IMG/VR virus record: IMGVR_UViG_2671180547_000013
DNA length: 47,489 nucleotides
Reading direction: 5' to 3' (one strand)
From: a virus
Lineage: Duplodnaviria; Heunggongvirae; Uroviricota; Caudoviricetes
Under the pieces are notes generated by a model, which saw only the letters and a list, made by a program, of their open reading frames with translations, did not search any database and had not been told where the DNA came from. Shown here piece by piece: positions 19,228 to 29,149 of the stretch (within the stretch, counting starts at the first letter, position 1; each line of letters opens with the position of its first letter). The translations under genes and the position numbers were made by a program.

Positions 19228-19251
19228 AGCTCGCTACGGCGAGCTTTTTAT
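19228..19251 (+). terminator. Intrinsic terminator after the lipoprotein pair
   Basis: AGCTCGC-TACG-GCGAGCT followed by TTTTTATATT. Confidence 0.6.
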
Positions 19252-19353
19252 ATTGCATCGTCTCCAGCATATATATCAATTAAGGCTCTGATTGATGTGT
19301 CTGAAAGCCTACACATAATAACTATGCCATCCGTTCCGTGCGGAGGTGAGGCT

Positions 19354-19569
19354 ATGAAATCCATGGACAAAATTTCAACAGGCATTGCCTACGGCACCTC
19401 CGCAGGCAGTGCTGGCTACTGGTTTTTACAGTTGCTCGATAGAGTAACTCCGTCACAGTGGGCTGCAATCGGTGTGCTGGGTAGTCTGGTATTTGGCCTG
19501 CTGACGTACCTGACAAACCTTTATTTCAAGATTAAAGAAGATAAGCGCAAGGCTGCGAGAGGTGAATAA
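19354..19569 (+). CDS. essD: Holin (phage 21 S / EssD-like pinholin), 71 aa
   Basis: Two hydrophobic segments, charged C-terminus [13 protein letters not shown]; GGAGGTGA Shine-Dalgarno; directly precedes endolysin. Confidence 0.85.
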   Translation: MKSMDKISTGIAYGTSAGSAGYWFLQLLDRVTPSQWAAIGVLGSLVFGLLTYLTNLYFKIKEDKRKAARGE

Positions 19570-20066
19570 TGCCTCCATCATTACGAAAAGTCGTTGCTGC
19601 TGCTATTGGTGGCGGAGCAATTGCTATAGCATCAGTGTTAATCACTGGCCCAAGTGGTAACGATGGTCTGGAAGGTGTCAGCTACATACCATACAAAGAT
19701 ATTGTTGGTGTATGGACTGTATGTCACGGGCATACAGGAAAAGACATCATGCTCGGTAAAACGTATACCAAAGCAGAATGCAAAACACTCTTGAATAAAG
19801 ACCTTGCCACTGTCGCCAGACAAATTAACCCGTACATCAAAGTCGATATACCGGAAACAACGCGCGGCGCTCTTTACTCATTCGTTTACAACGTGGGTGC
19901 TGGCAATTTCAGAACATCGACGCTTCTTCGCAAAATAAACCAGGGCGATATCAAAGGCGCATGTGATCAGCTACGTCGCTGGACATATGCTGGCGGTAAG
20001 CAATGGAAAGGTCTCATGACTCGTCGTGAGATTGAGCGTGAAATCTGTTTGTGGGGTCAGCAATGA
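19569..20066 (+). CDS. rrrD: SAR endolysin (lysozyme, GH24-like), 165 aa
   Basis: N-terminal signal-anchor-release segment [20 protein letters not shown]; lysozyme-like core; position between holin and Rz. Confidence 0.85.
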   Translation: MPPSLRKVVAAAIGGGAIAIASVLITGPSGNDGLEGVSYIPYKDIVGVWTVCHGHTGKDIMLGKTYTKAECKTLLNKDLATVARQINPYIKVDIPETTRGALYSFVYNVGAGNFRTSTLLRKINQGDIKGACDQLRRWTYAGGKQWKGLMTRREIEREICLWGQQ

Positions 20067-20527
20067 ACAGAGTAACCGCGATTATCTCCGCTCTGGTTAT
20101 CTGCATCATCGTCTGCCTGTCATGGGCTGTTAATCATTACCGTGATAACGCCATTACCTACAAAGCCCAGCGCGACAAAAATGCCAGAGAACTGAAGCTG
20201 GCGAACGCGGCAATTACTGACATGCAGATGCGTCAGCGTGATGTTGCTGCGCTCGATGCAAAATACACGAAGGAGTTAGCTGATGCGAAAGCTGAAAATG
20301 ATGCTCTGCGTGATGATGTTGCCGCTGGTCGTCGTCGGTTGCACATCAAAGCAGTCTGTCAGTCAGTGCGTGAAGCCACCACCGCCTCCGGCGTGGATAA
20401 TGCAGCCTCCCCCCGACTGGCAGACACCGCTGAACGGGATTATTTCACCCTCCGGGAACGACTGGTAATGATGCAGGCCCAACTTGAAGGTGCTCAGCAA
20501 TACATAACCGAGCAGTGTTTAAAGTAA
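20063..20527 (+). CDS. rzpD: Rz i-spanin, 154 aa
   Basis: N-terminal TM segment, coiled-coil body, embedded Rz1 in the +1 frame. Confidence 0.85.
   Translation: MNRVTAIISALVICIIVCLSWAVNHYRDNAITYKAQRDKNARELKLANAAITDMQMRQRDVAALDAKYTKELADAKAENDALRDDVAAGRRRLHIKAVCQSVREATTASGVDNAASPRLADTAERDYFTLRERLVMMQAQLEGAQQYITEQCLK
20283..20468 (+). CDS. rzoD: Rz1 o-spanin lipoprotein embedded in Rz, 61 aa
   Basis: Lipobox VVGC, proline-rich ([16 protein letters not shown]); wholly inside Rz in another frame. Confidence 0.85.
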   Translation: MRKLKMMLCVMMLPLVVVGCTSKQSVSQCVKPPPPPAWIMQPPPDWQTPLNGIISPSGNDW

Positions 20528-20664
20528 AATCTTAACTACAATATGATTCATTTTGATGATTGTTTCATAAGGAACAGTGAAGTAAGATCTAAGAGGAGTT
20601 AAATTTTATACAGTATAATCATAATATTGCAGCAAGGTGGTTATAATTGAAAGAATATTTAGAT

Positions 20665-22122
20665 ATGAATACATCTCATGTAAGAGTTGTTACTCATATG
20701 TGTGGGTTCCTGGTTTGGCTCTATAGTCTTTCAATGTTGCCACCAATGGTTGTAGCATTGTTTTATAAAGAAAAAAGCCTGTTCGTTTTCTTTATAACTT
20801 TCGTTATATTTTTTTGCATTGGTGGCGGAGCGTGGTATACAACTAAGAAATCTGGCATTCAATTACGTACCCGTGATGGGTTTATTATAATTGTAATGTT
20901 TTGGATTTTGTTTTCTGTTATTAGTGCATTCCCTTTATGGATTGACTCAGAACTTAATTTAACGTTCATTGATGCTCTGTTTGAAGGGGTTTCTGGAATA
21001 ACAACAACAGGAGCAACTGTAATTGATGATGTTAGTTCATTACCTCGGGCATATTTGTACTATCGGTCACAGTTAAATTTTATAGGTGGTTTAGGAGTTA
21101 TTGTTCTGGCGGTTGCAGTATTGCCATTATTGGGTATTGGTGGTGCAAAGCTTTATCAGTCAGAAATGCCGGGGCCATTTAAGGATGACAAACTCACTCC
21201 CCGCCTGGCCGATACGTCACGGACACTGTGGATAACTTATTCTTTATTAGGTATTGCTTGTATTGTCTGTTATAGACTTGCAGGAATGCCTTTGTTTGAT
21301 GCTATTTGTCACGGGATTTCCACAGTTTCGCTTGGTGGTTTCTCAACTCATAGCGAGAGTATCGGATATTTTAATAACTATTTGGTTGAGCTGGTGGCTG
21401 GTTCTTTTTCCCTGCTATCGGCTTTCAACTTCACTCTTTGGTATATTGTTATTAGCAGAAAAACGATAAAACCTTTAATCAGAGATATTGAACTTCGTTT
21501 CTTTCTGTTAATAGCCTTAGGGGTGATCATTGTTACCTCTTTCCAGGTCTGGCATATAGGTATGTATGACTTGCATGGAAGTTTTATTCATTCGTTTTTT
21601 CTTGCCAGCTCCATGCTCACTGATAATGGTTTAGCTACGCAGGATTATGCAAACTGGCCCACGCACACGATAGTGTTTTTGCTGTTGTCAAGTTTCTTTG
21701 GGGGATGTATAGGTTCAACCTGTGGTGGAATTAAGTCACTTCGATTTCTTATACTTTTCAAACAAAGCAAACACGAGATAAATCAGCTTTCTCATCCCAG
21801 AGCGTTGTTGAGTGTAAATGTAGGAGGGAAGATAGTTACAGATCGTGTAATGAGGTCTGTATGGAGTTTCTTTTTTCTTTATACTCTCTTCACGGTGTTT
21901 TTTATACTGGTGTTAAATGGTATGGGATATGATTTTCTTACATCATTTGCAACAGTGGCTGCATGTATTAATAATATGGGATTAGGTTTTGGGGCTACTG
22001 CATCGTCATTCGGAGTGCTTAATGACATTGCAAAATATTTAATGTGCATAGCTATGATTCTTGGTCGCCTTGAAATTTATCCTGTTATTATATTGTTTTC
22101 AGGTTTTTTTTGGCGCTCCTAA
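20665..22122 (+). CDS. trkG: TrkG potassium uptake membrane protein (moron)
   Basis: Start MNTSHVRVVTHMCGFLVWLYSLSML; polytopic membrane protein; low-GC gene after Rz as in Rac. Confidence 0.9.
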   Translation: MNTSHVRVVTHMCGFLVWLYSLSMLPPMVVALFYKEKSLFVFFITFVIFFCIGGGAWYTTKKSGIQLRTRDGFIIIVMFWILFSVISAFPLWIDSELNLTFIDALFEGVSGITTTGATVIDDVSSLPRAYLYYRSQLNFIGGLGVIVLAVAVLPLLGIGGAKLYQSEMPGPFKDDKLTPRLADTSRTLWITYSLLGIACIVCYRLAGMPLFDAICHGISTVSLGGFSTHSESIGYFNNYLVELVAGSFSLLSAFNFTLWYIVISRKTIKPLIRDIELRFFLLIALGVIIVTSFQVWHIGMYDLHGSFIHSFFLASSMLTDNGLATQDYANWPTHTIVFLLLSSFFGGCIGSTCGGIKSLRFLILFKQSKHEINQLSHPRALLSVNVGGKIVTDRVMRSVWSFFFLYTLFTVFFILVLNGMGYDFLTSFATVAACINNMGLGFGATASSFGVLNDIAKYLMCIAMILGRLEIYPVIILFSGFFWRS

Positions 22123-22259
22123 TATATGGCTGATTTATAATTGTGAGTTTAATATTATGTTGACTCACTCATTGATCCAATACCTAACTTTACCAGCAAC
22201 ACCTCCGCCCCCAGTAGCACTGGCTGCTGGGGTGCGTTTTATTCATAAAGCAAGGCTGT

Positions 22260-23048
22260 ATGAGCGAGAAATTAAAGATAGTCTATCGCCCATTACAAGA
22301 ATTGTCACCGTATGCGCACAACGCCAGGACGCACAGTACTGAGCAGGTGGCACAACTGGTAGAAAGTATTAAGCAATTCGGCTGGACTAATCCGGTGCTG
22401 ATTGACGAAAAGGGCGAAATTATTGCGGGTCACGGTCGTGTTATGGCGGCTGAAATGCTCAAAATGGATTCTGTTCCGGTCATTGTTCTGTCTGGCCTGA
22501 CGGATGAGCAGAAAAAGGCGTACCGCCTGGCAGATAATCGCCTGCCGATGAATGCTGGCTGGGATGAAGATCTGTTGCGGATGGAGCTGTCGGACCTAAT
22601 CAATGCTGATTTTGATGTCTCCCTGACAGGCTTCATCCCGGCAGAAATTGATGAACTGTTGACGGATGTTTTGCCCGGTACAGGAAATGAGGAGGAGCCG
22701 TATACGACGAAAATTGATACGCCTGTTTATGAGCCGTCAGGCGGTAAACCGGATATCAGTGAACTGTACGACGATACGAAAACTCAGGAGCTGATCAGCC
22801 GGATACGTTCGGCGTCCCTTGATCCTGATATTGAGAAATTCCTCCTGTGTGCAGCAGAACGTCACACGGTGTTTAATTTCAGCAGAATTGCGGACTATTA
22901 CGCTCATGCCCCCGCTGAAATTCAGTGCCTTTTCGAGGAGTCGGCGCTGGTGATCATTGATTATCAGCAGGCTATTGAAAATGGATTTGTCCGAATGACG
23001 CAGCGCATGGTGGAGATCATGCATGGCGGGGAGGAGGAATATGCGTGA
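22260..23048 (+). CDS. ynaK: ParB N-terminal (ParB/Srx-like nuclease) domain protein (YnaK-position, full length), 262 aa
   Basis: N-terminus LQELSPYAHNARTHS...GWTNPVLIDEKGEIIAGHGRVMAA typical of the ParB-N fold; AAGG Shine-Dalgarno. Confidence 0.7.
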   Translation: MSEKLKIVYRPLQELSPYAHNARTHSTEQVAQLVESIKQFGWTNPVLIDEKGEIIAGHGRVMAAEMLKMDSVPVIVLSGLTDEQKKAYRLADNRLPMNAGWDEDLLRMELSDLINADFDVSLTGFIPAEIDELLTDVLPGTGNEEEPYTTKIDTPVYEPSGGKPDISELYDDTKTQELISRIRSASLDPDIEKFLLCAAERHTVFNFSRIADYYAHAPAEIQCLFEESALVIIDYQQAIENGFVRMTQRMVEIMHGGEEEYA

Positions 23049-23973
23049 TGATTTTTGCGCCTTTATTCTGACTCACGGGCGACCGGACAAAGTTCTGACT
23101 TACCGGACGTTGCGTCGTGCTGGCTATACCGGGAAAATTTTTATCGTTGTTGATGATGAAGATAAGACACGGCATCAGTACATGGCTGAATTTGGTGAAC
23201 AGGTGCTGGTATTTTCCAAAGCCGATATTGCTAGTCGTTTTGACGAAGCCGATAATTTTAGTGACCGCCGCTCAATTTTTTACGCCCGTAATGCCTGTTT
23301 CGACCAGGCAAAACTGGTCGGGTGTAAATACTTCATTCAGCTCGATGATGATTATCACGAGTTCCAGTTTCGGGTGGATCGCAACTATGACCAGGCCTAT
23401 TTCCCGATAAGGAAACTGGATGAGATCCTTTCTGAAATGCTTGCGTACTACGAATCAATACCTGCTCTTTCCATCGCTATGTCGCAGGGCGGGGATTTTC
23501 TTGGTGACAATGGCGGCCATGCTTCGTGGGTGAAACGCAAGGCAATGAACAGCTTTATCTGTTCGGTTGATCGACCGTTCTCATTCATGGGGCGCATTAA
23601 CGAGGATGTGAATACGTACACGAATCTCGGTCGCTGTGGTGAATTGTTTATGACGATCGGTGCTGTCCAGTTAGGGCAGAAACAGACGCAGAAAAACAGC
23701 GGCGGAATGACCGAGCTGTATCTGGATTCCGGAACCTACGTTAAAAGTTTTTACTCCGTCATGTATGCGCCGTCGTGCGTAAAAATCTCACTTATGGGTG
23801 CCAGTCATAAACGCATTCACCATCAGGTCACCTGGAACAACGCTGCAGTAAAAATCCTTCACGAAAAATACAGGAAGAAGACACCCTGCATATCAATGGG
23901 GGTGACAAATGATTCCGTATTCGAAAGTCGAGTCTCTGGCAGCGTGCCGGATGACTGCACAACAAATCGCTGA
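23041..23973 (+). CDS. ydaY: Putative GT-A fold glycosyltransferase-like protein (YdaY-position), 310 aa
   Basis: ATG 23041 overlaps upstream stop (ATGCGTGA) with GGAGGAGG Shine-Dalgarno; AFILTHGRPD...KIFIVVDDEDKT and FIQLDDDYHEF resemble GT2 signatures (DxD); inferred from motifs. Confidence 0.5.
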   Translation: MRDDFCAFILTHGRPDKVLTYRTLRRAGYTGKIFIVVDDEDKTRHQYMAEFGEQVLVFSKADIASRFDEADNFSDRRSIFYARNACFDQAKLVGCKYFIQLDDDYHEFQFRVDRNYDQAYFPIRKLDEILSEMLAYYESIPALSIAMSQGGDFLGDNGGHASWVKRKAMNSFICSVDRPFSFMGRINEDVNTYTNLGRCGELFMTIGAVQLGQKQTQKNSGGMTELYLDSGTYVKSFYSVMYAPSCVKISLMGASHKRIHHQVTWNNAAVKILHEKYRKKTPCISMGVTNDSVFESRVSGSVPDDCTTNR

Positions 23974-24160
23974 CGTTCTGGATGTTGATCTGAACCGACT
24001 GAAAGAAAATCGGGAAGCAATGACAGATTTTTATGCGGCCATCCGTAAGGGCAGAGCGAAAGGTGAAGCCGAGTTACGAGCGGCATTGTTTAAGCTTGCC
24101 AGAAAAGGGGATGCCTTTGCTCTGCGCGAACTACTCAGGGTGGATAAAAATCAGGACTAA
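23909..24160 (+). CDS. Small helical DNA-binding-like protein preceding terminase small subunit, 83 aa
   Basis: ORF from track; GGGGG 6-7 nt upstream of ATG; overlaps the 3' end of the upstream gene by 65 nt. Confidence 0.4.
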   Translation: MIPYSKVESLAACRMTAQQIADVLDVDLNRLKENREAMTDFYAAIRKGRAKGEAELRAALFKLARKGDAFALRELLRVDKNQD

Positions 24161-24163
24161 CTG

Positions 24164-25258
24164 ATGAGCAGACCGGACTGGGGGGCGTTGCAGCAGGAGT
24201 ATATTGCTGAATACACCCGCTCCGGTATATCTCCGGTGGCATGGTGTGAAGCAAGGGGACTGAATTACGCAACAGCCCGTCGTTACATCAAAAAAACTCC
24301 GAAAAATGCGCAGACAGAAATGTGCAAAACTGCGCAAAAAAGTGCGCAGAAAAAATCTGCGCAGACTGCACAAAAGCGGAACGAAAAATCTCAGGAAAAA
24401 AAGCCAGTATTCGATGCGGGCCTGAATGAGGGCGACGCGGAGGAATTTTCGTTCTGTCCCGATGAATTCGGCATTTCTGACCAGCAGGCTAAGTTTGCGA
24501 TGCTTGTTGCTCAGGGTAAAAAGCCGACAGAGGCGTACCGACTAGCCGGTTATGAGGGGCAAGGTGCGACAGCTAACAGCAACGCCAGTCGTATGCTTAG
24601 AAATGCCAGGGTTTTTCGCGCTATCAGCTACTTCCGCAATCAGTACCAGAAACGCTATACCGCAGACCTGGATTTACTAGTGAGTCAGTTGATGGCTATT
24701 GTCCTGGCCGACCCCAATCAGCTTGCACAATTTCGCCGTGTTAACTGCCGTTATTGCTGGGGCGAGAATCATCTCTACCAGTGGCGCGATATAGCAGAAT
24801 TCGACAAGGCAGCGGCGCAGGCTTCCAGAGATGGCAAACCCGAACCGGAATATGGAGGCCTCGGCTTTGTTGATAACGCCATACCCAATCCGGACTGCCC
24901 GAAGTGCTGCGGTGAGGGAACGGGACAGCTTTATATGGCTGATACCACTCTGCTTGATGGGGATGCGCGGCAATTATATGCAGGGGCAAAATTCGGAAAA
25001 TTCGGCGTTGAGATCCTGCTGGAGGATAAGGCTGCCGCCCGGCGTGAATTGTTGCGTTTGTTTTCTGCTGGCGGGGCTTTATGTGCAGATAAGCGGCTAC
25101 GGGAACTGGAAATTGAACGGCGCAGAATGGAAAACCAGAAGCTGCGCAAAGAGATCGAAACGGTGGAAGATAATGAACATCCCCAGCCTGTGGCGATCAA
25201 TATTAATGTGGTTGATGCCAGAGTAAGGAGTGATGAAGATGATCTCTCCGACGCTTAA
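24164..25258 (+). CDS. Terminase small subunit (Terminase_2-like HTH) with Cys-rich insertion, 364 aa
   Basis: Segment DQQAKFAMLVAQGKKPTEAYRLAGYEGQGATANSNASRMLRNARV typical of small-terminase HTH; CRYCWGENH...CPKCCGEG zinc-ribbon-like; immediately upstream of large terminase. Confidence 0.7.
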   Translation: MSRPDWGALQQEYIAEYTRSGISPVAWCEARGLNYATARRYIKKTPKNAQTEMCKTAQKSAQKKSAQTAQKRNEKSQEKKPVFDAGLNEGDAEEFSFCPDEFGISDQQAKFAMLVAQGKKPTEAYRLAGYEGQGATANSNASRMLRNARVFRAISYFRNQYQKRYTADLDLLVSQLMAIVLADPNQLAQFRRVNCRYCWGENHLYQWRDIAEFDKAAAQASRDGKPEPEYGGLGFVDNAIPNPDCPKCCGEGTGQLYMADTTLLDGDARQLYAGAKFGKFGVEILLEDKAAARRELLRLFSAGGALCADKRLRELEIERRRMENQKLRKEIETVEDNEHPQPVAININVVDARVRSDEDDLSDA

Positions 25259-26540
25259 TGTGCCTCAGGCGCGATTTCTTTCAATGCCCCATAAATTTAA
25301 AGCCTATATTGCTGGTTTTGGCTCGGGCAAAACATGGGTTGGGTGTGGCGGCATATGCAAGGGGATTTGGGAGCATCCAGGTATAAATCAGGGATATTTT
25401 GCGCCAACGTATCCCCAAATTCGCGATATTTTTTACCCTACAGTGGAAGAAGTTGCTGCTGACTGGGGATTGAACGTAAAAATTAATGAGGGAAATAAAG
25501 AGGTTCACTTTTATTACGGACGCCAGTATCGGGGAACCACTATCTGCAGATCGATGGAGAAGCCACAAACGATCGTCGGTTTCAAAATTGGTAATGCGTT
25601 GGTGGATGAACTGGACATTTTGCCGAAGGAAAAAGCCAGAACGGCGTGGCGCAAGATAATTGCACGTATGCGTTATAAGATTGATGGACTTCGCAACGGT
25701 ATTGACGTTACAACCACGCCGGAAGGATTCAAATTTGTCTACGAGCAGTTTGTTAAAGCCGTGCGTGAAAAAACAGAGCTGGCCTCACTGTATGGTCTGG
25801 TGCAGGCATCTACTTTCGATAATGAAAAGAACCTGCCAGCAGATTACATTCCTTCGCTTCTTGAATCATACCCTCCAGAGCTGATTAAAGCCTATCTTCG
25901 AGGACAGTTTACTAACCTGACAAGTGGTACTGTTTACCATCAGTTTGACCGGAAACTGAATAATTGCGAAGAAGTGGAGCAGCCAGGGGAGCCGATTTAT
26001 ATTGGGATGGATTTTAACGTTGGAAAGATGGCGGGAATCGTCCATGTGCTGCGTTTGGGGCTTCCATGTGCGGTAACTGAAATCATCAATGCCTACGATA
26101 CGCCGGATATGATCCGCATCATTAAAGAACGCTTCTGGCTGTATGATGGGAATGATTACCGGAAAGTGAGGGAAATTTATATTTATCCAGATGCTTCCGG
26201 GGATTCCAGAAAATCAAGTAACGCAAGTACGACGGATATAGCCCAGCTTAAGCAGGCTGGTTTTAACGTTGTGGTGAACAGCTCGAACCCGCCAGTAAAA
26301 GATCGCGTTAACTCAATGAATGCAATGTTCTGCAATGCCAATGGTGAGCGTCGCTATAAAGTTAATGTGAAGCGTTGCCCGTTATATGCCGAATCTCTGG
26401 AGCAACAGGTCTGGGATGAGAAGGGGGAGCCTGATAAAAAATCTGGCAATGATCACCCGAATGATGCCGGAGGTTATTTCATCGTTAAGCAATTCCCTAT
26501 TGTCAAACCGACCGGAAGAGTCACATCACTTCGGATTTAA
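25239..26540 (+). CDS. Terminase large subunit (alternative starts GTG 25230 / ATG 25233)
   Basis: Walker A-like AGFGSGKTW; nuclease-type C-terminus; AAGGAG 8 nt upstream of ATG 25239. Confidence 0.85.
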   Translation: MISPTLNVPQARFLSMPHKFKAYIAGFGSGKTWVGCGGICKGIWEHPGINQGYFAPTYPQIRDIFYPTVEEVAADWGLNVKINEGNKEVHFYYGRQYRGTTICRSMEKPQTIVGFKIGNALVDELDILPKEKARTAWRKIIARMRYKIDGLRNGIDVTTTPEGFKFVYEQFVKAVREKTELASLYGLVQASTFDNEKNLPADYIPSLLESYPPELIKAYLRGQFTNLTSGTVYHQFDRKLNNCEEVEQPGEPIYIGMDFNVGKMAGIVHVLRLGLPCAVTEIINAYDTPDMIRIIKERFWLYDGNDYRKVREIYIYPDASGDSRKSSNASTTDIAQLKQAGFNVVVNSSNPPVKDRVNSMNAMFCNANGERRYKVNVKRCPLYAESLEQQVWDEKGEPDKKSGNDHPNDAGGYFIVKQFPIVKPTGRVTSLRI

Positions 26541-26542
26541 TT

Positions 26543-27949
26543 ATGGCTGATATATCAACACCCAACCTCGACTATAACGATATGCTGGAGGCGTGGGATA
26601 TTAACGACGCACTGATGGGCGGTACGCTTGAAATGCGCAGGCAGGGGGAAAATTATCTCCCAAAATGGCCTAACGAAGATGAAGACGCTTATAAAAAACG
26701 CCTGTCTGTGGCTACGCTACTTCCTGTGTATGAAGAAAGCATCAAGCAAAATATTGGGCGCATATTTGCAGAGCCGACAGTATTGAGTGAGGAAACGCCG
26801 GCAAAAATCAGGGAATATGCAGAAAATATCGACATGGAGGGGAGCCGACTGGATGTGTGGGCGCAGCAATTTTTCAGCCTCGCATTTCAGTATGGTGTGG
26901 CACATGCGCTGGTGGACTATCCACGAACGGATATGAAAGAGATTCGGACAAAAGCCGATGAAAACGCGACCGGTGGTCGTCCGTACGTTACGATGCTGAA
27001 TCCACGCCAGGTTATTGGATGGAAATCGAAAGTTGAAAAAGGGAAAGTTGTTCTCACTGATTTGCGTATAAAAGAGGTCATCATTATTGATGGTGATGAT
27101 TTCGGGCAGAAGAAGGTGGAGCAGATCCGCCATATTATGCCCCGTCGAGTTGAAATTTATCGACGTAGCGAAGGCACTAATGGCGAATCTGTCTGGACGC
27201 TTCATGAGTCATGGAATACCAGCCGTGATGATATTCCTCTGGTAACACTGTACACGAAGAAAACAGGATTTATGCGTGGTACACCGCCATTGCTTAATCT
27301 TGGCTTGCTGAATATCAAGCACTGGCAAAGCCAGAGCGAGCAGGACAATATTCTTCATGTTGCCCGCGTTCCATTGCTGGTGGCCTACGGGCTGGACAGG
27401 AATGAAGAACTGACGGTTGGTGCATCCACCGCTACGATTTTTGAGGACAGAACAAAAAATGGCCTCGAATATGTTGAACATAGTGGCGCAGCGATAGAAT
27501 CTGGCGAAACATCACTTGAGAAGCTGGAAAATCAGATGCGTCATGCCGGCGCTAAACTTCTGCGTGCTGAAAATACATCCACCAAATCTGTTGATCAGAC
27601 TAATGAAGAGCGAATGCAGGAAAACTCGCCGCTTTATACAATGGCGAACTCCCTCGAAGATGCCCTCGATAATATTCTCCAGATAATGGCGGAATGGATC
27701 GGAGAGAGTTGCGGTGGCAATGTGGATGTGCGCACTGAACTGGATGTATCTGCCCAGGTGTTTGACTCATCCTCCGCGCTGGCTGTTCAGTCATTGCGTC
27801 AGGGCGGTGATATACGTCAGATTGATGCGGTTCGGGTGTTGCAGGCGTTGAAATTTATCGATCAGGATTCCCGTCCAGAGGAAGTGATCGATGAATTAAA
27901 AAATCAGAGTGTAATGCTGATGGAAATCAATGATGCAAACCGTGAATGA
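26543..27949 (+). CDS. Portal protein, 468 aa
   Basis: Size and position directly after large terminase; acidic C-terminus. Confidence 0.75.
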   Translation: MADISTPNLDYNDMLEAWDINDALMGGTLEMRRQGENYLPKWPNEDEDAYKKRLSVATLLPVYEESIKQNIGRIFAEPTVLSEETPAKIREYAENIDMEGSRLDVWAQQFFSLAFQYGVAHALVDYPRTDMKEIRTKADENATGGRPYVTMLNPRQVIGWKSKVEKGKVVLTDLRIKEVIIIDGDDFGQKKVEQIRHIMPRRVEIYRRSEGTNGESVWTLHESWNTSRDDIPLVTLYTKKTGFMRGTPPLLNLGLLNIKHWQSQSEQDNILHVARVPLLVAYGLDRNEELTVGASTATIFEDRTKNGLEYVEHSGAAIESGETSLEKLENQMRHAGAKLLRAENTSTKSVDQTNEERMQENSPLYTMANSLEDALDNILQIMAEWIGESCGGNVDVRTELDVSAQVFDSSSALAVQSLRQGGDIRQIDAVRVLQALKFIDQDSRPEEVIDELKNQSVMLMEINDANRE

Positions 27950-29045
27950 ACGGCTGCGTGATGAATCAATTGCTCATGCAGTCTGGATATCCCGCTATAG
28001 CACTGGCGTGGCTGCCAGAATGGTGAAAATACTGAATGACAGCGATGCGGAACTTACTGCTCGCCTGCTGATAGCACTGGACAGCCTCGATCCAGGTAGT
28101 TTTACCGTTAAGCGCCTGGAGTCACTTCTGGCGAGCGTCAGAGAGGTTAACCGCACTGCTATTAACAGCATGTTTACCAGTCTCTCCGGAGAGCTGAACG
28201 AGCTGGCAATTTATGAGGCTGGTTATCAGTTAAGTCTGTTTGATTCTATGCTACCTGATTTTGTTGCTGATGTTCACCCTCTGGTTGGTATCTCTCCTGA
28301 TGCACTTTATGCCGCTGCAATGGCGCGACCATTCCAGGGACGACTGCTCAGTGAGTGGGCCTCAGATCTTGAGGCGGATCGGCTCAGACGCATAACAAAT
28401 ACAGTGCGTCAGGGTTTTTTGCTGGGGGATACCAATGAGCAGATCGCAAGAAAAATTCGGGGACATGTCAGTAAGGGATTTCAGGATGGTGCATTGCAGA
28501 TGAGCCGGGCTAATGCGGCCAGCATTGCAAAAACAGCGGTTGGACATCTTGCTGCTACTGCCCGTGAGAGTTTTGCCAGCGCGAATAATGATTTGATTAA
28601 GGGTAAGCAATGGTTATCAACGCTTGATAATCGTACTACGCCACAATGTCGAATCAGGGATCGCCTCAAATATACGCTGAATAATAAACCTGTAGGTCAC
28701 AGCGTGCCTTATTTGCAGGGGCCGGGAAAAATTCATTTCTGCTGCCGCTCAACGGAAACGTTCATTCTGAAATCAGCGAAGGAACTGGGTATTGATGTTC
28801 GCGATATTTCCCCGGCTGAGCGGGCCAGCATGGATGGCGTGGTGGCCGGAGATACAACCTACAGGGAATGGTTTTTGCGTCAGCCTTACACCAGACAAAA
28901 ACAGATTGTGGGGGAAAGCCGAGCAAAGCTGATTCGGGATGGTGGTATGTCGCCAGATGAATTTTACACCGATAAAGGCGAATGGCTGACGCTGAAGCAG
29001 CTCCGTGAGCGTGATGCACAGGTATTCAGAAAAGCAGGGATTTAA
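27930..29045 (+). CDS. Head morphogenesis protein (Mu F / SPP1 gp7-like minor capsid protein), 371 aa
   Basis: Position after portal; family assignment from recalled conserved segments. Confidence 0.6.
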   Translation: MMQTVNERLRDESIAHAVWISRYSTGVAARMVKILNDSDAELTARLLIALDSLDPGSFTVKRLESLLASVREVNRTAINSMFTSLSGELNELAIYEAGYQLSLFDSMLPDFVADVHPLVGISPDALYAAAMARPFQGRLLSEWASDLEADRLRRITNTVRQGFLLGDTNEQIARKIRGHVSKGFQDGALQMSRANAASIAKTAVGHLAATARESFASANNDLIKGKQWLSTLDNRTTPQCRIRDRLKYTLNNKPVGHSVPYLQGPGKIHFCCRSTETFILKSAKELGIDVRDISPAERASMDGVVAGDTTYREWFLRQPYTRQKQIVGESRAKLIRDGGMSPDEFYTDKGEWLTLKQLRERDAQVFRKAGI

Positions 29046-29064
29046 ATAAATCATTTATTACAAC

Positions 29065-29092
29065 AGGCTACCTTCGGGTGGCCTTTTTTATT
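29065..29092 (+). terminator. Intrinsic terminator-like hairpin with UUCG loop
   Basis: AGGCTACC-TTCG-GGTGGCCT (one G-U pair) followed by TTTTTTATT. Confidence 0.6.
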
Positions 29093-29149
29093 GCTGCGAT
29101 CCGGATGGTGAGCAGCGTAACTGTCGGAAGACTTAAACCAGGTACTAAT

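Noticed and set aside
29078-29149. Upstream extension of the scaffold ORF to 29078
   Set aside because: The extension overlaps the terminator hairpin at 29065..29092 and encodes a hydrophobic non-conserved peptide; ATG 29150 preferred.
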